From positions 171,120,001 through 171,184,000 of the forward strand of contig OZ024741.1 of NCBI GenBank assembly GCA_964016885.1: a DNA stretch of 64,000 nucleotides, read 5' to 3'. Shown here piece after piece: positions 34,667-49,656 of this stretch. The notes below the pieces were generated by a model. It did not search any database, had not been told where the DNA came from, and saw only the letters and a program-made list of their open reading frames with translations. Position 1 is the stretch's first letter. Each line of letters starts with the position of its first letter. Source of the stretch: Eledone cirrhosa (lineage: Eukaryota). The translations under genes were made by a program, and so were the position numbers.

Positions 34667-34873
34667 AGGGCGGTAGATTGGCAGCATTGGTAGAGTGTCA
34701 GACACCATGCTTTGCAGTATAGGGTTATGGCCCTTTACCTTCTGAGTTCAAATCCCGCCGAGGTTAGATTTGCGGTCTCAATAAAATAAAGCACTAGTAA
34801 TGCACTGGGGTCGATTTAATCGACTTTCCCCCTCCTCCAAAATTGTTGGCATTGTGCCTATAGTAGAAATCAT
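34667..34873 (+). mobile_element. tRNA-derived SINE
   Basis: GGGCGGTAGATTGGCAGCATTGG...GAGTTCAAATCCCGCCGAGG...GTAGAAATCATT. Confidence 0.88.
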
Positions 34874-36393
34874 TATTGTTGTTGATTACAAAGGACTAAA
34901 CTGTGCTGATTCTGAGCTCATGTGAGATTTTTGAGTTGATATTAATGTAAAGAAATCGCCCAGAGAGACGTAAATGTAGATCTTATTTCTGCAACCACAA
35001 CTCTTTGTGCGTGTTTCCAAGAACAATTTACCAATATCCAATATGGATCTCAAAGAAGAAACCATATTATTTAAGGGAGATTATGCTGAGAAAGAAAGAT
35101 TTAGGGGAGTCAGCATGTGACGAATTCAGGGAGCAAGAGAAGTAATTTTTTCCCTTGCACAGAGTCTTACATAGTAACAGCTTCTTATTGTAACGACAAC
35201 AAATATAGAAGAACATGAAAATTCCAACAACAATCACCACAACAAAAATTGTCACCAACAATAACGAAAACATAGTATATATAATAATAATGAAACAAGT
35301 GACAGAAACAAAAATATTATTTTGTTGATTCTGATAACGATTTTCCGATTAGCTAACCACGAATAACAACAGGAGCAACAATAATAATATCAACATTGGT
35401 GACAACTCCATCACAACTACCATCGTTTTTAGAGTGGCAGACGGCAACTTTCCAACAAGAAACATCACTTTCACCAACAACACTGATACGATAAGGAGAA
35501 ATATATGGGCTGTCGAAATACAGTAAGGCTGCAATATATTCAGATTTAACTCAAGCGGATAAACATACATTATATAAACACGTGTGATTGTTGTTCATAC
35601 GAATGTTGTTGGAAAATAAATAAAAGTGTGCTGTCATGTACAAATATATAGATATGAGGAAATGGCGTGTAAAAACATTGACGCACGCATTGGTGAAAAG
35701 GCTTGAAGAAGGTTCGGAAGGAAAAGATTTTACTCTACCGAAGTAGATAATTCGACACGAAGTTTGTATAACTTCTGATAAATTGACGAGGCCGAAATCA
35801 ATCGCCCGTTTGAAGGTTGACGATTTTCCCTTATCCTTTCTGTCATGGGAAGGCGTCTGACGAAGGTAAGGTTGATTTATGTGTTGCATCTTGGAAACTA
35901 AGATGCTTCATCTGAGTTGCTGGACGGGAACTGAGCTGCAGCTACTGATTCAAAGAGATTAGAAGTAGATAAAGAAATTCTCTGACGTGAACAATCTGTA
36001 AAACAGCATAGAATTCTCTTTGGTGTTTGGTGACAAAATTTCAGGTACCACAATTGTGGTGGAAACACACACTTAACGTGTGTCCACTTGGAACAGCGAA
36101 CTAAACAAGCGTTACCCACGTTCTTACCGACTCTAGATACTCAACAGCAAAAACTACTTCGAAAAAAATTACAATAGCAACAGCAGCAACTGCAGCCAAA
36201 CTGCTGTTGCAGGTGTAGCTGCAAACAACAACAGCAACAACATTAACACAAGTAACCCTAGCAATGACAGCTACAGTAAAAACATCAGCAGAACCCGTTA
36301 TCAAATCCCCACCCTCAATATATGAACTCAGAGGGGCAGACAAAGCACATTTGTTCGGGGTACTTCACATCCGAGAACTATCATTATTATTAT

Positions 36394-36775
36394 TGTGGTG
36401 GATTGGCAGTATCGGTAGAGGATCTGACGCCATGCTTTGCAGCATAGAGTTACGGCCATTTATGGTCTGAGTTCAAATCCTGCCGAGGTTAACTTTGCCT
36501 TTCATCCTTACGGGGTCGATGAAATAAAATACCAGTAATGCACTGGGATAATTGCTTGCCTTGTGCCAAAAGTATAAATAATTATTATTGTGGTGGATTG
36601 GCAGTATCGGTAGAGGGTCGGATGCCATACTTTCCAGCATAGTTACGTCCCTTTACGGTCTGAGTTCAAATCCCGCTGAGGTTAAATTTGCCTTTCATCC
36701 TTAGGGGGTCGATAAAATAAAGTACCAGTAATGTACTGGGTAATTGTTGGCCTTGTGCCAAAAGTAGAAACAATT
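36394..36775 (+). mobile_element. Two tandem tRNA-derived SINE copies (36394-36582, 36590-36775)
   Basis: Two near-full family copies joined through a (TTA)n tail. Confidence 0.9.
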
Positions 36776-36859
36776 ATTATTATTGGCTGTCAGACAGTGA
36801 AGACTTGTTTTATTTAGCTCCGCCAAGTGGCAAATTTTCAGTTTTGTTTTGGTTTTCCA

Positions 36860-38870
36860 TTTGTATTAATTTTTATATTTTTTTAAAAGTCATAAGACTT
36901 TTGTCTTTGCCCTGTGAAGGGGAGACGTTATAATATTAGGGCCTTCTGGCCCAAATATCTGAACAATATATATTTTCTCATTTAAAAAAAAAAAAAAAAA
37001 AAATGAATGCCCCCCCACCCCCAACATTAACTCTGCAGTCTCAGAAATGTGACACAAAATTAATTACAAACACAACATGCAAAAATAAAATTAGCAACAC
37101 CACCACTAACAGCTCCAGCTGTACTAAGAGCAAAAAAAAAAGTACCAACACCAACACCAAAACCAACGCCAACTGCAACAACCAAAGCAGCAACTGCACA
37201 AACAACAACACCAACACCAACTACAACAGTAACAACAACAACACCAACGCCAACTGCAACAACCAAAACAACAACTGCAACAACAACAACACCAACACCA
37301 ACTGGAACAGCAACAACAACACCACCAACAAAAGCAACTGTGAAAGCAGCAACAACAACAATGAAAACACCAACAAAAAGAACTCTTTCATTACTGCAGC
37401 AGATAAAAGAAGGCCATGCTTTAGAGTGGACCTTACCCAAAAAGAGAAAGATCTGGCCCGGGCATTGAAACTCATTAAACAAACACAAACCTCGGCCAAT
37501 CGAAACGTCCCGGCAGAGTTCATAGGAGAGGCGGAGAGGAGAATGGTGGACTTTAGATGCATCTCAATGTAGATAAAAACCGACCATCACTCCCCAAGTA
37601 GACATCGAAGCTTCACTGATGTGCAGCAGAGTGACACCGAATATATAGCGAGGGGTAGACAATACGGCACCATCTCGGTATTGTTTAAGTTGTGAAACAT
37701 TCAGTGAACCCTTGCAAAACGAGCAAAGTCATCATGTACCCCTCCGACATGCAAAAAAGAACACTTAGAGTCAGCATTCCCAGGATTCCACCAGGACTAG
37801 ACACGTGGTGGCTCCTGGGACGCGTGGTTGTGGAGAGAAAAGATGCAGTCCAGATAGAAGCAACAAGAACAGCCAAGGAGGACTGGTCCGGGGTTGATTT
37901 GGATATACTTCTCCAAACAAGGCGTGAAAGCCTAAAAAAAAAAAAATCATGGACCACGTCCGTCTCCAAAATGGGACAGTACTGCAAATAATAACAGAAT
38001 GGTGAAAGCCGTACTGTTTCGTCTGTGGAGTAACAACTTGCGAGCACTCTAGCCTCAACTCAAAATCGCAAGGATTCAAAATCCTCCACAACTCCTGTCG
38101 GCGGGGCGCGGACCACCAATTGAAAATGCTACCACCAACTTTAACCACCCAGGAGGAATACTAGCCCCCCTCCCCTTCCCCAATACACACATTGACAGAA
38201 AAATACAGAGACACAGGCACATTTACAGACACAGGCACCTCTTCTTCTAGTAGAGAAGACGAAGAAACAATCATAGAAAGCAAAAAAAAAAATTATAATA
38301 AATAAATAGGTAAACGCAGACACAAGAAAAAAATTGAAACATCCCCCACTCACAAACAACTGAAACCGTAGACGTCACACTCACAACAAACTTTACCACA
38401 TCAACACCAATACCACAACCACCAAATCCCCCCTACACAAACAACCACAACAGACACAAGACATACAACATCGTGCTCGTAAGAAGGGCCAAGAAAGATT
38501 TGATGGCCCTGATAGCATGGAGGCAAGAAATAGAAAAGGAGTGGCTGATGTTTGGAACGAGCATATTTCGCATACCAGAAGATTTACTACTGGTACGAAT
38601 GTCGCTCGACTTCTATAAAGGGATTAGAGAGAGCTTTCCTCGGGACATGGGAATCCCAAATGTGAAACCTATATCTAGACTTTCCAACGGGTGTCCGAAG
38701 GAAACACTTCAAGCATGGAGGTCCAACCACCTGACCGCCACAAGCTCCCGAGAGGCAAGTAAACTGTTCCTCTCTCTTTTAGCCTGCCAACATGGACATC
38801 CTAAGAGTAAGTTGTTTAAATGTTCGTGGCCTGGGGTCATCCTGGAACCAGGGTTTCTGTTGGAGAATAC
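36860..38870 (+). mobile_element. Tx1/L1-like LINE 5' part (ORF1 remnant and start of APE endonuclease)
   Basis: Low-complexity N-terminus, then VIMYPS..KRTLRVSIPRIPPG, a PYCFVCG knuckle remnant and MDILRVSCLNVRGLG. The layout parallels the element at 49657-57131. Confidence 0.7.
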
Positions 38871-40101
38871 CAACTTTTAAGTTATTTAACATTAAATTTC
38901 AGGCACCCTGTAATTCATATTTAGATCAGAGAGTTCTACATATTATGCTAGTCAATATATTATTTAATTTCGCGAAATGATGGTTCACCTGGGATATTGC
39001 TAAAACATTTCTCACATCCTTTTCTTATCATAGCTGATTTCATTTTAAGGTACTGAATCTTTTGAATCTCTATCTCCAGGATTTTGTATTTATTTAGTTT
39101 TTCAAATTCTTTTATTCATATATTTTACTATTATTATTTACATGATTATTGTTATTGCTCACAGCTGGGCTGTCAAGATATATTTCTTGATAACTGCTGA
39201 CAGCTTTGAAAGTTTGGATAATTTTACCCTTTCAAAGAAAAAAAAATCATTTCTTTATTTGGATTAACATGCAAAATATATTCTCTACGCGTGGAACACA
39301 TATTTTTTACCAAATTAAACGAAGAAAGTGGGTGTTTCTGACATGTTTGCATTTCTTTTCATTTATTTTGTAAATAATTTCTTCCACAGCACAAAATGAA
39401 AATACACCTGCAACATTCCAAAAACAAAAAACAATCAAAAACAGAGATTGACAAAGATATAATTGTAAAAATTGTTGCGTTTTCAAAGGCAGATAACTAT
39501 GAAAAACAATATTGACTTAGTGAAGTGATTTTATTAGCAGTAACGACAGCATACGCACATAACCTTCGCCGAATGGTAGTTATTTAATGTCGGAAAGGTT
39601 TTTACTTGTTTCGTTTTCCAGTATTACTAGTAAATATTACAGATATTGAATATTTGTGAGTTTGAAGAGATGAGGTCAGTATGGCAAAGATTTTAAAACC
39701 AAAGAATCTACTGTTCTTCTTGGCCACTTTATAGAGAGCGAGTAAAGGAAAAAAGAATTAGCATTATAATTACCAAAAGGACATCAGTTATTTGTAGCGT
39801 TGTCCGGAGAAAGCATTTTACAATGATTCCTGTCAATTTGTCACTGGATAAAAAATTAACCATTACGAATTACCGAGTGAAGTAGAGAAAGCAGAGAAAG
39901 CTTCATCATGCACTTTTAGATTGCAGAATACATCTGAGAGGGGTATTACATTTGAAGTTGATGTTAATATTGAACCTGTGGCATTCGCTGATTCCCACTA
40001 GCTTTTAGAGCATTTCATTTCCTTTCATTTGAATGCTAATATTTGACAAGCATTTTATTTTTCATAATTGAATTCACAATTGTTTTTTATTTATTTCCAC
40101 A

Positions 40102-40216
40102 GGTAAGGATGAAAGGCAAAGTTAACCACGGCGGGATTTGAACTCAGAACGTAAAGGGCTCTATGCTGCTAAGCATGTTGTCCGCCGCTTTACCGACACT
40201 GCCAACTCCCCACCCT
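40102..40216 (-). mobile_element. tRNA-derived SINE, 5' half
   Basis: Reverse complement of GGGTGGGGAGTTGGCAGTGTCGG...GAGTTCAAATCCCGCC..CTTTGCCTTTCATCCTTAC. Confidence 0.85.
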
Positions 40217-40641
40217 GTAATAATAAAAACAACAATAATAATAATAACAAAATTAACAAAAAACTGCAATTCCGATCTATGCAACATCTAATATAAAACT
40301 TATTGTAGCTAATGGTGTGATATTTGAGTAGAAAAGCAAAATATATAGATGTCTACAATTTATGAAAACAAAATAGTAATAAAATACTCATCCAAACTTT
40401 GTATTTATTTTTTATTACACAAAAAAGTAGAAATCATCAGAAATAAAGAAACAGCAAAGAGATAAAGCAGAGAAAAAATTAAATTTTAATAGAACAAGAT
40501 ACTACACGTTGCGATTGTGAATCTTAGGTAAGCTTGAAAAGATCGACAAAAAAAAAGAAGAAACTTAAATGTAAAGCTATTTCAATTCCTGGCGCATGTA
40601 CCGTTGCTGTTAATATGGTTCTTATTATAGTAACTGGGGTA

Positions 40642-40775
40642 AGGGCGTTGGATTAGCAGTATCGGTAGAAAGTCGGACACCATGCTTTGCAGCATAGAGT
40701 TACGGTCCTTTACGGCCTGAGTTGAAATCCCGCCGAGATTAACTTTGCCTTTCATCCTTACGGGGTCGATAAAAA
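40642..40775 (+). mobile_element. tRNA-derived SINE, 3'-truncated
   Basis: Family consensus up to GGGGTCGATAAAA. Confidence 0.88.
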
Positions 40776-41003
40776 AAAAAGTATATATATATAAAATTGT
40801 ATATATATATACAATATATATAATATATATATATTATATATATATATATTATATATATATATATTATATATATATATATTAAAGAGTTAAACAAGATTCA
40901 ATGAGTACATCAAAGAATGAGTTTTACAGTAGATTGGAAGCACTCTACAGCAAATAAATTTTCCAGAGTTATTAATATTAATTCAAATATTAACAAAATA
41001 GAT

Positions 41004-41825
41004 ATTCTTGTGATCAATTAAATTTTATTATACATATTTCAGAGGTACTTGAATCAAGTTCAACAGTACGTCCTCATCAGATAAAATAAAATGATACATG
41101 ACATACCCTGACATGTTAGATGGTTAAGATTTAATCAAGGAAGTGATTAACTTATGAGACAACTCAATATTTATACCCTAATAATGAGAATATGCGAAAA
41201 CGTAATAGAATCAATAGAGAGGGTAAGAAAAACATTGCTTTAATGTAACAGTTATAGAGTTTTGAAAGTCTGGAATACTACAATTAAAACTATAGAGGAA
41301 GACGTATCTGGAGTTATAATTTTTTTAGTTTTTAGCTTGAGAATGCAACTGATAGATAATTAAAGAGAGGGAGAGATAAAGAGGAGTAATTTATGCACAC
41401 ATTTTCATCGGACACATATAAACATGTATAGCTTTGGCAGTTAAATTTCAAAATATTTAATTTATGTTATTTTAGGGTAAAACATCAAGATTTTAGGTTT
41501 TAAAAGTAGATGGTTATTTGTATTAATTTTATAAATTTTATAAATTTTATAAATGTATCAAATTTCTAAAATTCAAAGTTTTATGAAAACAAATTTATGA
41601 AAACAAACTTATGAAAACGAATTTAAAGGATTTACTAGGCCCGCGAAAGAAGAATATATACTGTTCAATATTCACACAAAGGTAATCTTTAACAAAATTA
41701 CTTGTAACAGTGTCAACATTTTTCGTATGTATAGTTTGTGGAGTATTTACTGTTATAACTATCAAATAATTTATTGTTAAATTGTTATAGTGTCTAAAGT
41801 ATAATAATTAAACCAGAGTTTTCAG

Positions 41826-41905
<80 letters not shown>

Positions 41906-42495
41906 ATTGATCGTAGTAAGAGGACTATAAATTATTATTTTTTATTATTTGTACATATATTATATTAAATCACTAGATTAGTTCTACCTTCTATGGAAGA
42001 CCAAACTCTACTTCTGATTATGTTATTATACAATATAAATATATTTGCACAAACTATATATAGCGTTATACCGAACTATAATTATGAATATGTTATTATG
42101 CATTATAAACATATTTGCAAAAAACTATATAGATAGATATACCGAACTATACTTATTATTATGATTATGTTATTATACAATATAAACATATTTGCACAAA
42201 TTACTTATAGAGAGATATTCCAGACTTTAAAAACTCTATAACTGTTAGATTAAAGCAATGTTTTTCTTACTCACACCCTCTCTATTGATTCTATTACGTT
42301 TTCGCATATTCTCATTATTAGGGTATAAATATTGAGTTGTCTCATAAGTTAATCACTACCTTGATTAAATCTTAACCATTTAACATGTCAGGGTATGTCA
42401 TGTATCATTTTATTTTATCTGATGAGGACGTACTGTTGAACTTGATTCAAGTTCCTCTGAAATATATATAATAAAATTTAATTAATCACAAGAAT
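41004..42495. mobile_element. Inverted pseudo-LTR pair (41004-41277 / 42216-42495) with hammerheads
   Basis: Arms of about 275 bp are highly similar in reverse complement, with a spacer of about 940 bp. Confidence 0.88.
42412..42477 (+). ncRNA. Type I hammerhead ribozyme (mirror copy on minus strand near 41021-41077)
   Basis: ATTTTAT-CTGATGA-GGA...GAACTTG(ATT)CAAGTTC.TCT-GAAA-TATATA-TA-ATAAAAT. Confidence 0.78.
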
Positions 42496-42523
42496 GTGTG
42501 TGTGTCTGACTGTGTGTGTGTGT

Positions 42524-42630
<107 letters not shown>

Positions 42631-43126
42631 TCAATAATCAGTGTTGATTTATCAATGCAGTCGACCAAGTTAATGTAATCGGTTTAATCAAACATAAGTA
42701 CTCCACTTTACGGGTATCACAAGATATTACGTATATGGTATCATAAGGAGTATCAGCATTACGAAAGAGAAGAGAGAGGGTTTCACATATGCAACTCCAG
42801 TTTATTGCATTACACATGTTAAGTCCATTTCAAAGGCATTAAATTATCATAAACTAATAGATTTCCAATGCGCTGACTAATTACAACACATTATTTTTCT
42901 CCTCTCTACACTTTTACGTGTTTCTCTTTGAAAATTATCTATTTATTCCTTCCAATACACCCCCTCTTCTTTCTCTTTCTATCTTCTGATGACGGACAAT
43001 TGTGCCCTTAAGACGCTTTTCCAAGTATATCAAATGTTCAATTAATATGAGATCATTATATTGTATTGTTCTCCTGTGTTGCTTTTTCTAGTTTACACAC
43101 ACACACCAATCACACACAGACACTTA

Positions 43127-43165
<39 letters not shown>

Positions 43166-43179
43166 ACACGCACACACAG

Positions 43180-43314
<135 letters not shown>

Positions 43315-43659
43315 TATAGATATATGCATATTTTAAATAAGATAATTCTGCAGGACTACAAATGTTTTATATGTATGAGATCATTAGGGTATTCGTTATG
43401 ATTTCGTACAAATGAAGCAGCGCTTGTCCTGAAGACGTTATTTCTATGCAAAATAAAATTATTTCTCTCAATTAACCTGGGTTTTCCACTATATATAGAT
43501 ATTTTTTCCCCATCCACTTCGGAAAACCATCTTTAATCACAACCACACACACACGCATACATATACATATATACATATATAATATTAAGATAAGCAGAAC
43601 AATATCATAGACAACCTATATATTTCTAGGGGTACTTAGTACCCATGGGCATATTAACT

Positions 43660-43705
<46 letters not shown>

Positions 43706-43802
43706 CAGATTAAAGTTTAAGCACTGAATCGGTGCGTTCACCCTTAACGAGATCTTCTGAAATTCTGTATATATATATATATATGTATAAAACACGGTAT
43801 AA

Positions 43803-43989
43803 GGGCGGTGAATTGGTAGTATCGGTAGAGGGTTGGACGCCATGCTTTCTAGCATAGTTACGTCCCTTTACAGTCTGAGTTCAAATTCCGTCGAGGTTAA
43901 CTTTGCCTTTCATCCTTACGGGGTCGATAAAATAAAGTACCAGTAATGTACTGGGTAATTTCTGGCCTTGTGCCAAATGTAGAAACAAT
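43803..43989 (+). mobile_element. tRNA-derived SINE
   Basis: Full family consensus with A and B boxes. Confidence 0.9.
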
Positions 43990-44360
43990 ATATATGTATA
44001 AAACACATTAGATGGGAGCCGCTGCTGCTTCTGTCTACCAAATTGTAAGGCTATGGTCTAGACATTTGTCCTAAATGTCACGCAAGGAGATTGTTATGAT
44101 GGTGTGATACACCTGTTTTGTATATCTGTAGGAACGAGGGTAGAACCCATGGTATTCGCCAGGCGTAATTCTAAACTAACTACGAGAGACTACGTACACA
44201 CAGTTCCCGTGACCGTTCACTTTCAGTTACACGGGTGTGTTCAGGGTTTTTTCCCCACAATAGAGATAGAAGCTGAAACCATGTGATTACGAAGATAGTT
44301 TCTTAGTTCACCGATATTCCAACCGTGAAAACCCTACCTCCTGAAATATATTTATTGTTA

Positions 44361-44466
44361 ATCCCGCCGAAGTTGACTTTGCCTTTCATCCTTACGGGGT
44401 CGATAAAATAAAGTACCAGTAATGTACTGGATAATTGCTGGCCTTGTGCCTAAAGTAGAAACAATT
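44361..44466 (+). mobile_element. tRNA-derived SINE, 3' half
   Basis: ATCCCGCCGAAGTTGACTTTGCCTTTCATCC...GTAGAAACAATT. Confidence 0.85.
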
Positions 44467-45144
44467 ATTAACCCCATCTAATATTTTCTCTCTTTATCAA
44501 GGTTGCCACGTGTGATTTTAGTGAAATATAGCTGATATATCTAGAAATCAGTCGTCTATCTAGCGGCTCATTCTTAAAACTCACCTATATGACATGAAAC
44601 AGCCAACATTTTTTGTCTCCGCAGCTACGCAATCAGAATTATTATGTAAAACCAGCAAACAAAAGTAAGCAGAAAAAATTAATACATGATTTGGTGTTTT
44701 AAAATATTGATATATTGCATAATTATGAAACAATCAGATACGATAGGATTACAATCAGCGAACGAAAGACAGACAAATATAGACATGATTTTTTTTTTTT
44801 TACTGTTATAGAATTGTTGCCTTTCTCCAGGATTACCTCAGGGAAATGATCGTGTATCAGTAATAACAACAGCATTGTAGTGTATACGGCAATGTGAATG
44901 TGAGTACATATACTTAGGAAAATATATGCATACGTGGCTAAATGATTGGAAATATGCAGCTAAGATCGTAATATGCAGGCATATTACACACAGATACACA
45001 TGTGTACACACAGATACACATAAAATCACATGCGCTAAAACGTGGACGGAAACAACCTCCTCTCTCTCTTGGGGAAGAAGTATGTCTAACAACATACTTT
45101 CCAGGTATGTATCTATGTATGTATATACACAACAACTCACACAC

Positions 45145-45217
<73 letters not shown>

Positions 45218-45251
45218 TACGTATATATATATATATAGGTACATATATATA

Positions 45252-45819
45252 AGTGTGCATGTATGTATATATATATATACATACTATTGTACGTCTGTAT
45301 ACATATATGTATGTACGTATACATACTTGTATTTAAGTAACAGCCGTACCAAGAGTGAGAAATGAAATTTCGTTTCATTTTTTCCATTTATCGTTTTCGG
45401 TGCGCCCGGCCGATTAACTCACTCGATATGCAAATTAGGCTGCTCAGCCGTTATTATGCATGAGGAAAGTATATCTTTCAGACGTTCAATCATCTGACAG
45501 GAAGGTATACGTTGCTGAAGATAGCTAATAAGCTTGAAACTAGTACATCGTTCCTTTGTCAGTGTTGAACAAACGAGCAACGATGGTTGCTAAACACTGT
45601 ATGGCTAAATCCGGGATGTTTGTTTACAAACAAACTGAGCATTATAATAAATGTTCGGTAAATCCATACCTACATATATATATGTGTGCATGTATGTAGA
45701 TATATATATATATACATACTAATGTACGTCTGTATACACATATGTATGTACGTATACATACTTGTATTTAAGTATCAGCCGTACTAAGAGTGAGAAATGA
45801 AATTCGTTTCATTTTTTCC

Positions 45820-45901
<82 letters not shown>

Positions 45902-46650
45902 GTCCAATCGACTGACAGGAAGGTATACGTGCAGACGACAGCTAATAAGCTAGAAACTAGTTAATCGTTCCTTTTTCAGTGTTGAACAAAAGGGCAACGA
46001 TGGTTGCCGAACACTGTACGGCTAATAATTAGGGATGTTTGTTTACAAAAAAAAACGACCATTATAATAAATGTTTGGTAAACCCATACTACATATATAT
46101 ATATATGTGTGCATGAATGTATGTATATATATATACTACTGTACGTCTGTATACATATATGTATCTACGTATACATATTTATATTTAAGTATCAGCCGTA
46201 CTAAGAGTGAGAAATGAAATTTCCATTTTTCCATTTATCGTTTTCGGTACGCCCGCCCGACTAACTCACTCGATATGCAAATTAGGCTGCTCAGCCGTTA
46301 ATATGCATTAAGAAAGTATATACTTTCAAACGTTCAATCGACTGACAGGAAGGTATACGGTGCTGATGACAGCTAATAAGCTAGAAACTAGTTCATCGTT
46401 CCTTTGTCAGTGTTGAACGAAAGGGCAACGACGGTTGCCGAACCCTGTACGGTTTAATTCGGGCTGTTTGTTTACAAACAAACCGAGCATTATAATAAAT
46501 GTTCGGGAAACCCATACGCACATATATATGTGTGCATGTATGTATATACATACTACTGTACGTCTGTATACATATATGTATGTACGTATACGTTACTTAT
46601 ATTTAAGTATCAGCCGTACTAAGAGTGAGAAATGAAATTTCTTTTTTTCC

Positions 46651-46655
<5 letters not shown>
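45252..46655 (+). repeat. Diverged tandem array, about 3.3 x 420-435 bp, homologous to the 465/469-bp HHR repeats
   Basis: AAGAGTGAGAAATGAAATT recurs at 45351, 45787, 46203 and 46621. The second unit is interrupted by (TA)n. Confidence 0.88.
46357..46399 (+). ncRNA. Minimal type I hammerhead (also 45509-45551; decayed copy near 45927-45968)
   Basis: ACGGTG-CTGATGA-CAGC(TAATAA)GCTA-GAAA-CTAG-TT-CATCGT. The first stem II pair is mismatched. Confidence 0.78.
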
Positions 46656-46726
<71 letters not shown>

Positions 46727-47367
46727 TTTAGTACAGCATTGACGAAGCTTTAGAATACGGCCAAGCTAGCGTATATGCATAATCGGTCTGTAGCTTGAGC
46801 ACTCGGATGAGGAAAGACCCCAGAGTAATAACATTACGTTCAGACAGCTTAGCAAATCAGATATAGCAGTCGGCAGTCCAGCCGCATTACCAGAGCAACG
46901 AAAATACAGGAACCAGGAAAAGATTTTATACTGACACGGACACAGCGGTGAGGCTGTGTGTAAAATATATAACTTACATCGTATATCAACAATATAGATC
47001 ACAATATCACATCCAACATCAGCGCTAAGTTTCTACAAATCCAAGATCGATAAATTCCTATTGCAGGAGTCTGCAATATAATGGTTTTTGACGACAGAAC
47101 ATAGGATTTACTTCTTCAGCAAGTCTTTCGTTCTTAGCCAGAGCGGATATGTTGTAACTTTAAATGTCGCCACAGACACGTGGTTTACTCCAAGGGAGGT
47201 AACCCCCGCTTAGGCGGTGAATTCTAATTTGATATAAAGGAATTAATCCCTTTAGACAAACCGAATAAAGCACTCGACTAGAAGTTATCAAACAAACTTA
47301 AACAATTAATCAATCAATAGAATCATCTAATTAAATTAATCAGTTAATCGTTAATTCTAGGAGTAAA

Positions 47368-47477
<110 letters not shown>

Positions 47478-47516
47478 GTATGTATATATATATGTGTGTG
47501 CGTGTGCGTGTGTATG

Positions 47517-47572
<56 letters not shown>

Positions 47573-47583
47573 TGTGCGTGTGT

Positions 47584-47900
47584 ATTGTTATACTTGGGGA
47601 GGGTCATATTGTTATAATATTGCCAGAAATAATAACGGAACACACATTTTGTTTTGGTTGGTTTTCGCTTCTGTATCTTTTATATCTCCATAGTTAATTT
47701 ATTTGGCAATCAACGTCTATCATTGATTGTCTAGCGGTTAAAAATACAGATATAAATATATATATATAGTCCATCAAAGTTCTTTCGTCACACATCTGTG
47801 ACATCATCAGTGGTACTATTATGCTTCCTCCCATTGTATTGTAATACCTACGCCATTTTTATTTTATTTTATTTTACTTATTTATTTATTCTTGTTATTC
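47584..47900 (-). mobile_element. Penelope-like pseudo-LTR with HHR (near 47771-47815)
   Basis: Same terminus as 12421. Minus strand reads CCA-CTGATGA-TGTCACA(GA)TGTGTGAC-GAAA-GAAC-TT-TGATGG. Confidence 0.75.
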
Positions 47901-48559
47901 TATATATAACAGTAAGGAGAGAAATACACATAAATATGTGTTCGAATATATGCGTTTTTAGTCTTCTATTATCTCTCTAGACGTGAAGTGCATATTCACA
48001 GGGACATCTACCGACGAGCTATACCTGTAATATGAATTCTTCACATAATAGCGGAACATGATTCTACTTTGGATATTTATAGTTATAAAGGTCGGTTTGT
48101 ACACTTTGATTTAATCTTTTAATTAATTTATATTCATCATTCGTTCCGTAGTTAATATGTTTATCACCCTGGTGGTTTTATATCCCCATATGATAATGTC
48201 TATTTATTTCATTACTGTTTTATAAAGAGCTCCGAATGTGTTCATTGATCTTATTTGATTGTAGGGAAATTTTGAGAGATTTTAACTCGACATTTTAATT
48301 ATGTATATATGCCGATGATCCGTGATTTTACATCTGTGATATGCCGATTAATGGTGAAATGTAGTTCTTTAATGAAATATATACAAAGGAGATTAATCAT
48401 TATTGCAAGGTATCTATATCTGAGGTTCTCGTTAAATTTAAATATGTTACCTACGTGACCATGTGTGTTTACACTCTTTACAAATTATCCCCTCTAATTG
48501 TTTGATGTGTTTATTATTATTATTATTATTATTATCATAATAATAATAATAATAAACAC

Positions 48560-48648
48560 AACTTTGCCTTTCATCCTTACGGGGTCGATAAAATAAAGTA
48601 CCAGTAATGTACTGGGTAATTGTTGGCCTTGTTCCAATAGCAGAAACA

Positions 48649-48652
<4 letters not shown>
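48560..48652 (+). mobile_element. tRNA-derived SINE, 3' half
   Basis: AACTTTGCCTTTCATCCTTACGGGGTCG...GAAACAATT(ATT)n. Confidence 0.85.
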
Positions 48653-48679
<27 letters not shown>

Positions 48680-48680
<1 letters not shown>

Positions 48681-49597
48681 AGTTGCATTTATCTTGCTTT
48701 ATGTTCATACGAGTTATCACCAAGTCACAACCAGTGACCTCAAGAGACAACAAGGTCCGCCATGTTCAAGGAAGAACATACATACTCACACATGCATCTT
48801 TAGTGTTTAGACTTGTGATGTACTTATATTGACAGAATCTTCCTTAGTATATGGGCAGTTCCCATTAGTACTATCTTTTGTATTTCTCCTATACGCGGGT
48901 TTCCTGGGATCTGCGATAAGTAATCATTAGACCCCTTAGGTATCATTCCCAGAGCGCCTACAACCGCTGGTATTGTTTTAGTTCTCAATTTCCACATTTT
49001 TCCAATTTTTACCTCCAGGTTGCTTAATTTTTCAAATGTTTTTATAGATACATTCTTGTCTATTGGAACAGACATATCAATTAGCAGGCATACCCTCTTT
49101 TTAAAGTCCTTCAATATTATATCAGGTCTATTTGCATCTATTTTTCGGTCTGTTTGGAAGCTAAAGTTCCACAAGATTGAGATGTGATCTTTTTCAAGTA
49201 TGGGAGGTGGTTGATGCTCCCACCAATTCTTTTGATGGGGCAGGACAAAATGCTTACACATTATCCAATGTATGTATTGTGCAGCTCTGTCATGCCTGTT
49301 TAGGTATTCGGTTGGAGCTATAGGACTGCACATTGAAATTATATGGTCAATGGTCTCTGGTTGTTTTTTGCATACACGGCATAATGGGCTGCATCCATTT
49401 TTTATTATGTTGGCTTGATAATTTTTTGTTGGCAGACACTGATCTTGTGCTGATATAATCAGTCCTTCAGTCTCCGATTTCAGTCCAGAGGATGCCAACC
49501 ACTGATGGGTTAAAGTTTTGTCAACATCAGGATTGTTAGCTCGCTCTGGGTATTTTCCATACAGAGACTTTTCTTGCCATTTCTTAGCCAGTTTCTG
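48680..49597 (-). mobile_element. Dong/R4-clade non-LTR retrotransposon 3' part (CCHC finger plus restriction-like endonuclease), 5'-truncated
   Basis: ORF 48824-49498: ETEGLIISAQDQ, CRVC...ETIDHIISMC, RHD, RPDII...LIDMSVP...K..K. Flanked on both sides by (TAA)n. Confidence 0.9.
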
Positions 49598-49599
49598 TA

Positions 49600-49634
<35 letters not shown>

Positions 49635-49656
49635 TATTAATATTATTATTATTATT

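Noticed and set aside
37003-37572. Asn/Thr-rich 189-aa ORF (and the Ser/Asn-rich ORF at 49840-50499) as host genes
   Set aside because: They are (CAA)/(CAG) tracts at the start of Tx1-like ORF1 remnants.
39850-40001. Short protein-like frame (NHYELPSEVEKAEK...FEVDVNIEPVAF)
   Set aside because: About 50 codons with no start, no clear splice sites and no recognisable family.
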